DNA of 64,000 nucleotides from an uncultured virus (IMG/VR IMGVR_UViG_3300047548_000808) (lineage: Duplodnaviria; Heunggongvirae; Uroviricota; Caudoviricetes), in the IMG/VR virus record IMGVR_UViG_3300047548_000808, one strand, 5' to 3'. The notes below the pieces were generated by a model. That model worked only from the letters and a program-made list of their open reading frames with translations, ran no database searches and had not been told where the DNA came from. Of the stretch, positions 58,678-64,000 are shown one piece after another. A program made the translations under genes and the position numbers. How positions within the stretch are numbered: the stretch's first letter is position 1; every line of letters starts with the position of its first letter.

Positions 58678-60579
58678 ATGGACGAAACTAAACTGGCAAA
58701 AGCCAAGCGCCTGTACGTCAACGCCAAACAGGCTTATTTCAATGCTCAGTCTATTATGACTGACCAAGAATTTGATAAACTTGAAGACCTTATCAAGAAA
58801 TACGATCCTACATGGGAAGAGCTTTCCAAGACTGGTGAGAAGGTAGGAGTTAAGGTAGTCACTGCGCTGCTTGAGCGTATGCCTTCTCTTAATAAAGTTC
58901 GCGCAGAAGAACCAGCAGGAGTTGCGCGCTATGTAAAGCGTATAAGAAAGTACGGTTCCTCGGCAGTAATTATGGACAAGATAGACGGATCTTCTGTCCA
59001 GTTAGTGTATCGTAAAGGTAAGCTAGACCGCATTATTACTCGTGGTGATGGCACCATGGGTAAAGACTGTTCGCAGTTTATTCCTTTTCTGCACACGCTG
59101 CCCAAGAATATTTCTACTGATATCGATACGTTAGTTATCCGTGCCGAAGCTGTAGTTACCAAAGCAGATTTCCAAGAAAAGTGGGCAGGTGCTTTCGATT
59201 CTTCTCGTGCTGTTGCGTCTTCACTCCTTAATCGTCAAGACGTGCATCCTGCTCTGAAAGATCTTCAGTTTGTTGCCCTGCGTGTTTTGTACCCTGCGTA
59301 CTCGGTTCAATCAGGACTAGACTTCTGCAAAGCTCAAGGATTCTCGGTTGTAGCACATAAGTTAGTCAACCTGGACACCAAACCCGACTGGACTGAGTTT
59401 CTGTCCAAAGCATGTAAACTGCGCAAGGATGCTTCACCTTACGAGCTGGATGGTTTGGTTATCTTTACCAATACAAACAAGCTTCCCAAGAACACAGCAG
59501 ACAAGCCTGATTACGCTGTTGCGTTTAAGCTTAACGAACTTGGTGATGCACCAACTGCTACTATTCTGAAAGTTATCTGGAAAGCCTCCGCCTTCGGTGT
59601 GCTAGTTCCAAAGGCCAAGATCACGCCTACGTACTTCGGTAATGTATGCGTTCAGTACGCTTCCTTACACAATGCAAAATGGGCTCACGCTCGTGGAGCT
59701 GGTGTAGGTGCAGTTGTTAAGGTTATTCAGTCTGGAGGTATTATCCCCAAGATTATTTCAGTAGAAACAAAAGCTAAGTTCAAGTTTCCTGATCCTGCTG
59801 TAGTTGGTGAGTACACCTGGGATACTACAGAAACTGCGCTAGAACTAACTAACCGTCTTTCTAGCAACGAAGCTCGTGTTAGCATTATTACTCGTTTCTT
59901 CTCCGAAATGGAGCTTGATGGTTTTTCCAAGGGTCTTGCTGCAAAGTGTGTAGAGGCTGGTTATGATACTGTTTCCAAGGTCATCAAGATGACTGAAGAA
60001 GACTTTGCCGAGTTACCTGGAATTACCGAAAGCGCTGGAAAATACGCACGTTCACTGCATAACCTTCGGACTACCAAACAAGACGTGGTAAAGCTTATTG
60101 CAGCCTCAGGTTGTTTTGAGAAGGGTGTAGGCACTACCAGACTGCTCCTGTTGGCAGAAAAAGCTCCACATCTGTTAACGGCTACTACTGCAACGGCAGA
60201 GTGGGGTCGTGACGTTAAAATCACAGCAGGACAGGTGTTTGGCGAGACGCTCGTACACGGATGGGAAAAATTCCAGAAATTTTTACGTATCAATAAACTT
60301 CAGGTCTTCGTACCTAAGAAACTAGAAACTGGAGAAGGTCCGCTGGCTGGATACGTTGGTAGCTGGACTGGATACCGAGACAAGCAGGAGGAACGTATCT
60401 TCGCTGGATTGGGTGGACGCATTGTTCCATTTGGCTCAAAAACTAACGTGCTATTCTTCCTACCAACTGGAAAGAAATCCAGCAAAATAGACCAAGCTTC
60501 CGAGCGTGGTATTTTAACCGTGTCGCATGCTCAACCTTGGATGAGTGAGCAATGTGCAAAATTCGATAAAGGAAACTAA
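58678..60579 (+). CDS. ligA: NAD-dependent DNA ligase
   Basis: Y...SIMTDQEFD domain Ia, MPSLNK, KIDG adenylation motif, TRGDG, ELDGLV, AFK, OB fold, HhH and BRCT-like C-terminus. Confidence 0.92.
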   Translation: MDETKLAKAKRLYVNAKQAYFNAQSIMTDQEFDKLEDLIKKYDPTWEELSKTGEKVGVKVVTALLERMPSLNKVRAEEPAGVARYVKRIRKYGSSAVIMDKIDGSSVQLVYRKGKLDRIITRGDGTMGKDCSQFIPFLHTLPKNISTDIDTLVIRAEAVVTKADFQEKWAGAFDSSRAVASSLLNRQDVHPALKDLQFVALRVLYPAYSVQSGLDFCKAQGFSVVAHKLVNLDTKPDWTEFLSKACKLRKDASPYELDGLVIFTNTNKLPKNTADKPDYAVAFKLNELGDAPTATILKVIWKASAFGVLVPKAKITPTYFGNVCVQYASLHNAKWAHARGAGVGAVVKVIQSGGIIPKIISVETKAKFKFPDPAVVGEYTWDTTETALELTNRLSSNEARVSIITRFFSEMELDGFSKGLAAKCVEAGYDTVSKVIKMTEEDFAELPGITESAGKYARSLHNLRTTKQDVVKLIAASGCFEKGVGTTRLLLLAEKAPHLLTATTATAEWGRDVKITAGQVFGETLVHGWEKFQKFLRINKLQVFVPKKLETGEGPLAGYVGSWTGYRDKQEERIFAGLGGRIVPFGSKTNVLFFLPTGKKSSKIDQASERGILTVSHAQPWMSEQCAKFDKGN

Positions 60580-60693
60580 AATGCTTCAATTTATTCTTTC
60601 AGACTTTTTGGTATTTTGTGGGAGCATGCATACTGCTAGCGGTACTTGGTGAAGTAGTATGCGATGTAATTAAGGCAATCAAAGGAAACTAAA

Positions 60694-61236
60694 ATGGCTA
60701 CTGAATACGATAAGTATCCTCATTATTTCAAGCGCATCCCAGAAGGGCTGACACACATTGATGTGTATGGCGTTCTACGTCTATTCAATGTACAAAGCCA
60801 AGAAATAGGGCACGCCGTCAAGAAGCTTCTTGTCCCTGGAGTTCGGGGTAGCAAATCTTCCCAACAGGATATTCAGGAAGCTATTGATACTCTTGAACGG
60901 TGGAAAATTCTTAACAAAGAATTTTCACAGCGGGCTGTAGAACACGCTGAACCTTTTGACGATGATCTTCCTAAATTAAAGAAGAAACCGGGTCCACTGG
61001 ATGTAGGTGCCCGAACCGATGACGAGGCCAGTCCTACTTACAAGACAGGCCGTCTGAATAAAACTATTATTGTGAAATGGGTACCAGAAGCGAGCCTCGG
61101 ACATGAAATGGCCATGTACGTGGTAGCATCAGACCATCCGCGATTTGTAGCTAGAAGTAGATTCGACTTTGGGTTCATGCAGATTGCCAGCAAGGAAGGA
61201 TATACTATTATCAGCATTCCGCTTACTGAGGTTTGA
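60694..61236 (+). CDS. Phage protein with a DUF3310-like N-terminal domain
   Basis: HYFK...IDVY.VL.LF.V...GHAVKKLL..G.RG.K...QDI.EAID.L.R. Confidence 0.55.
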   Translation: MATEYDKYPHYFKRIPEGLTHIDVYGVLRLFNVQSQEIGHAVKKLLVPGVRGSKSSQQDIQEAIDTLERWKILNKEFSQRAVEHAEPFDDDLPKLKKKPGPLDVGARTDDEASPTYKTGRLNKTIIVKWVPEASLGHEMAMYVVASDHPRFVARSRFDFGFMQIASKEGYTIISIPLTEV

Positions 61237-61326
61237 AAACCCGCAGTAGACTTATAGTCTGAGCGAAGTACTAACAGTGACTAGTTTCCTCTCAATTTCT
61301 CTTTCTCTCTTTCCTAAGGAAAAATA

Positions 61327-62019
61327 ATGGCTACTACAAGCAAGGTTTCTAATCTTATCAAGAAGGCTACACCTGCAGCCGCAATTCCAAAGAAGAAGGG
61401 CTTTCCTGCACGCAAGCCTGGGACTCCAGTAGTTAAGCGTGCTCCATCAAAGCCGCTTCCAAAGTTCAAGGCTCCTGCAGATTATAAGCCAGCTTTCTAT
61501 GAAGTTGTTGTTGGTATCGGTAAGGATGGCCTAATTGATCCGCGCCAATACCGAGTAACTAGAATTGCTGGTAAGTTGGATAATCCAGCAGCCAAGCGCA
61601 ACGATATGTCAGAATTCGATACCACAACCATGTTTGGTATCATCTCGCGCCTTTCGTCTATCATGTTCATTACGAACCTAGAAAAGCGTTTGGAGTGCTT
61701 CCCTGCCGGCGCACGTTTCCGTATTACTGTTCGTGTTTCAAAGCGCGCTGCTGACGGTAGCCTAGCCGCAACCGTAAAGCTTTTACATCGTATTACAAAG
61801 GAAGGAAAGTGGCGTCTAATGGACGACAAGACAGATCCTACATATAGGCGTATTCGTCGTGTTGCTAGAATTCTACCTTCTGCGTTTGTTGATGCGCAAT
61901 TGCCACCTAAGGCAATTCGCGGAGCAAAGAAGGAAGAAGATGCTCCTGTAGTTACGCGCAAGCGTACTGCTGCAAACGACGAGCCAGAAATTCAAGTAAA
62001 GAAGCGTCGAGCTGCGTAA
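61327..62019 (+). CDS. Highly basic protein with a Lys/Pro/Ala-rich N-terminus; putative DNA-binding; paralog of the next gene
   Basis: Composition; shared IG.D.L.D, D...(F/Y)D, (R/K).LPSA..PP. Confidence 0.65.
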   Translation: MATTSKVSNLIKKATPAAAIPKKKGFPARKPGTPVVKRAPSKPLPKFKAPADYKPAFYEVVVGIGKDGLIDPRQYRVTRIAGKLDNPAAKRNDMSEFDTTTMFGIISRLSSIMFITNLEKRLECFPAGARFRITVRVSKRAADGSLAATVKLLHRITKEGKWRLMDDKTDPTYRRIRRVARILPSAFVDAQLPPKAIRGAKKEEDAPVVTRKRTAANDEPEIQVKKRRAA

Positions 62020-62028
62020 TAAAATCCC

Positions 62029-62886
62029 ATGAGCGAGTTTGACTTTGAACAACCTCGTGGGGCTGTAAAAAAGAAACCGTCTAACGTAAGGACGGTTTCC
62101 TCTAACAAAGTACAGCTCACGAATAAAAACTCCGCTGTATCAAAACTTATAGCAAAGGTATCAGAATCATCTGCACGAGCAGAATTCACAGTACCAAACC
62201 GATCCAAGCTAGACCAAAACAAACGCCTAGAAAGTACTCTAAAACTAGATAGACTAAAGAAAGAAACCGTAAACAAGGTTCTAGGGGGAAACAAACCAGT
62301 AGGAGTTTCAGCAGAGACTCTTCAGCAGCACTTATTTCCAACTCCAGCTTGGCTAAAGTCTAGAAGCAAAGTTCGTATAGAACTATTCTTTACTATAGGC
62401 CCAGATCGTTTGCTAGATGCGTATTCGCTACGTGCCCATATTCTACCAAATGATGCTTGGCACGCACGAGAAACAGTTCGTATTGATATAAAATCCTACG
62501 ATCCTGCAGCATTTACAGCTATAGCTGCTGCAGTAAACGCAGCCTGTTATTTGTCTACTGCATGGACAAGACTAGAAGCTGGGACTTCTTGGTACCTAGT
62601 ATTCAGGCATAGGTCAACAAACAAACCAAAGCTGCCATCGAATACTGGTATTAACCTAGAATACACGATAGAAGCTATCAGATCAAAGAGAGAATCAGAA
62701 GAAGAATGGGAATGGTCTTTCTCCGCTGATTCACAAACTCTAGACGCCAAAGGAAAAGTAACTGGAGGTCGTCATAGGTCTGGCAAAGATCCACGCCAGA
62801 TTCTTTTGATTGCTAAGCTACTACCATCAGCCACCTATAGACTAAAACCACCACCACGAATTCTACTAGACGCAGAAACGAAATGA
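62029..62886 (+). CDS. Basic protein, divergent paralog of 61327-62019
   Basis: Same collinear motifs. Confidence 0.6.
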   Translation: MSEFDFEQPRGAVKKKPSNVRTVSSNKVQLTNKNSAVSKLIAKVSESSARAEFTVPNRSKLDQNKRLESTLKLDRLKKETVNKVLGGNKPVGVSAETLQQHLFPTPAWLKSRSKVRIELFFTIGPDRLLDAYSLRAHILPNDAWHARETVRIDIKSYDPAAFTAIAAAVNAACYLSTAWTRLEAGTSWYLVFRHRSTNKPKLPSNTGINLEYTIEAIRSKRESEEEWEWSFSADSQTLDAKGKVTGGRHRSGKDPRQILLIAKLLPSATYRLKPPPRILLDAETK

Positions 62887-63497
62887 AAACTCAGAAACTA
62901 CTACCAATTCCAACAGGTCCAGTGACGGTTGCTTGCTCCGGTGGAGCCGATTCAGTAGCAGCAGCTTGCTTCATGAAATTTGAAGTGAAAGCAAATATTA
63001 CTTTGGCCTACGTTAACCACGGAACTGGATACTGTCTAGATGCGTTACGTACAGTTGAAGCACTGGCTGCTAAACTGGAATCTCCATTAGTTATTCTTGA
63101 AATAGATACATATGTTCCACCAAAAACTTCCAGGCAAGAACATTGGCGTAATCAGCGGTATAAATTACTGAACGGACTAAACACTCCGGTTATCCTTGGT
63201 CATCAATTGGACGATGCAGTAGAATCTTGGATTTTCAGTTCGTTGAACGGAACCACATCGTTAATTCCATATGCCCATGGTAATTGCGTGCGACCGTTTC
63301 TTACTGTACCAAAAACAGTTTTGCGAGAATACGCAGAATCGTTTGCCGTTCCCATTTTCGACTGCCCATCAAATTCGGATTTGTCATTCCGACGTAACTA
63401 TATTAGGCATGAACTGATGCCTCACGCTCTTGTGGTTAATCCAGGGCTTCATGCTATGGTTAGAGCAAAAATTCTCAGACGCGAGTTTAAAACGTAA
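62883..63497 (+). CDS. tilS: tRNA(Ile)-lysidine synthetase-like PP-loop ATPase (N-terminal catalytic domain only)
   Basis: VACSGGADS, VNHG, R..RY, GHQLDD.VE, RPFL, D.SN, RNYIRHELMP. Confidence 0.85.
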   Translation: MKTQKLLPIPTGPVTVACSGGADSVAAACFMKFEVKANITLAYVNHGTGYCLDALRTVEALAAKLESPLVILEIDTYVPPKTSRQEHWRNQRYKLLNGLNTPVILGHQLDDAVESWIFSSLNGTTSLIPYAHGNCVRPFLTVPKTVLREYAESFAVPIFDCPSNSDLSFRRNYIRHELMPHALVVNPGLHAMVRAKILRREFKT

Positions 63498-63499
63498 TA

Positions 63500-63820
63500 A
63501 TGGGCAGGCATACAGTACAAGCCACATGTTATGATCGTAGAGGTCGTAAGATAAGTGTGGCAACAAATTCATATTCAGTAACACATCCAGTGCAAGCGCA
63601 CTTTGCACGACTTGCAGGAGTTCCAGAAAAGGAGTTCCTTCATGCTGAGATTCGTGCTCTGCTGCGAGCTAAGGATAGAAAGGTACATTCAATTCACATT
63701 GAACGCTATCATAAGAATGGATCTACAGCACTAGCTCAACCTTGTCCTGCTTGCGCACTAGCTATATCGTCTTTTGGTGTGCAGTACGTGACGTATACAG
63801 AGGAAGAGCCTGCCACTTGA
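63500..63820 (+). CDS. Zn-dependent cytidine/deoxycytidylate deaminase-family protein
   Basis: HAE...PCPAC. Confidence 0.85.
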   Translation: MGRHTVQATCYDRRGRKISVATNSYSVTHPVQAHFARLAGVPEKEFLHAEIRALLRAKDRKVHSIHIERYHKNGSTALAQPCPACALAISSFGVQYVTYTEEEPAT

Positions 63821-64000
63821 CAGCCGATTCGATCTGTGGTACAATAGACTAGGGGTGCAAAAGACGAATATGGCTCGCTTTCCGCCCCTGTTAATGAGCC
63901 TCAACTGGACAGCATCCAGCAATAACCGAAAGGACTAAGTATGTCTGACGCTACTAGCTATCTTTTATCGAGCACTGAAAACGCTAAGATTTTATCTGAA

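Noticed and set aside
1..64000. tRNA, rRNA or riboswitch genes
   Set aside because: No cloverleaf or rRNA-like sequence recognised by eye; structured leaders near 32040-32110, 34080-34150 and 63850-63935 could not be assigned; tRNAscan-SE and Infernal would be needed to exclude them

Overview
This is a 64-kb segment of a large, apparently virulent dsDNA tailed phage. The host is probably a Betaproteobacterium (Burkholderiales-like), judged from an MHFG-type PEP-CTERM gene and GAAAG-type ribosome-binding sites. From left to right: (1) 1-5.5 kb, a putative receptor-binding/esterase module with a lambda-type tyrosine recombinase; (2) 5.6-8.6 kb, minus-strand genes including an RNA ligase; (3) about 8.7-30 kb, a divergently transcribed early/host-takeover region of small ORFans, with about 20 near-consensus sigma70 promoters in modular promoter-hairpin-RBS cassettes, switching strand at about 24.1 kb; its 8.7-17.5 kb part is bracketed by two non-coding tandem-repeat blocks; (4) 30-46.6 kb, plus-strand genes including a lytic transglycosylase, a DenV-like glycosylase and several paralog families; (5) a hairpin/repeat-rich intergenic region followed by a gene II/X-like (Rep_trans) rolling-circle initiator; (6) five GNAT-like paralogs and a tandem KilA-N array; (7) an NAD-dependent DNA ligase, a TilS-like enzyme and a deaminase. 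The most striking signal is an eight-member, mosaic KilA-N/Bro-N family. In most members the variable linker of the DNA-binding domain is encoded by a different DNA palindrome. All calls come from reading motifs by eye; no database searches were run.
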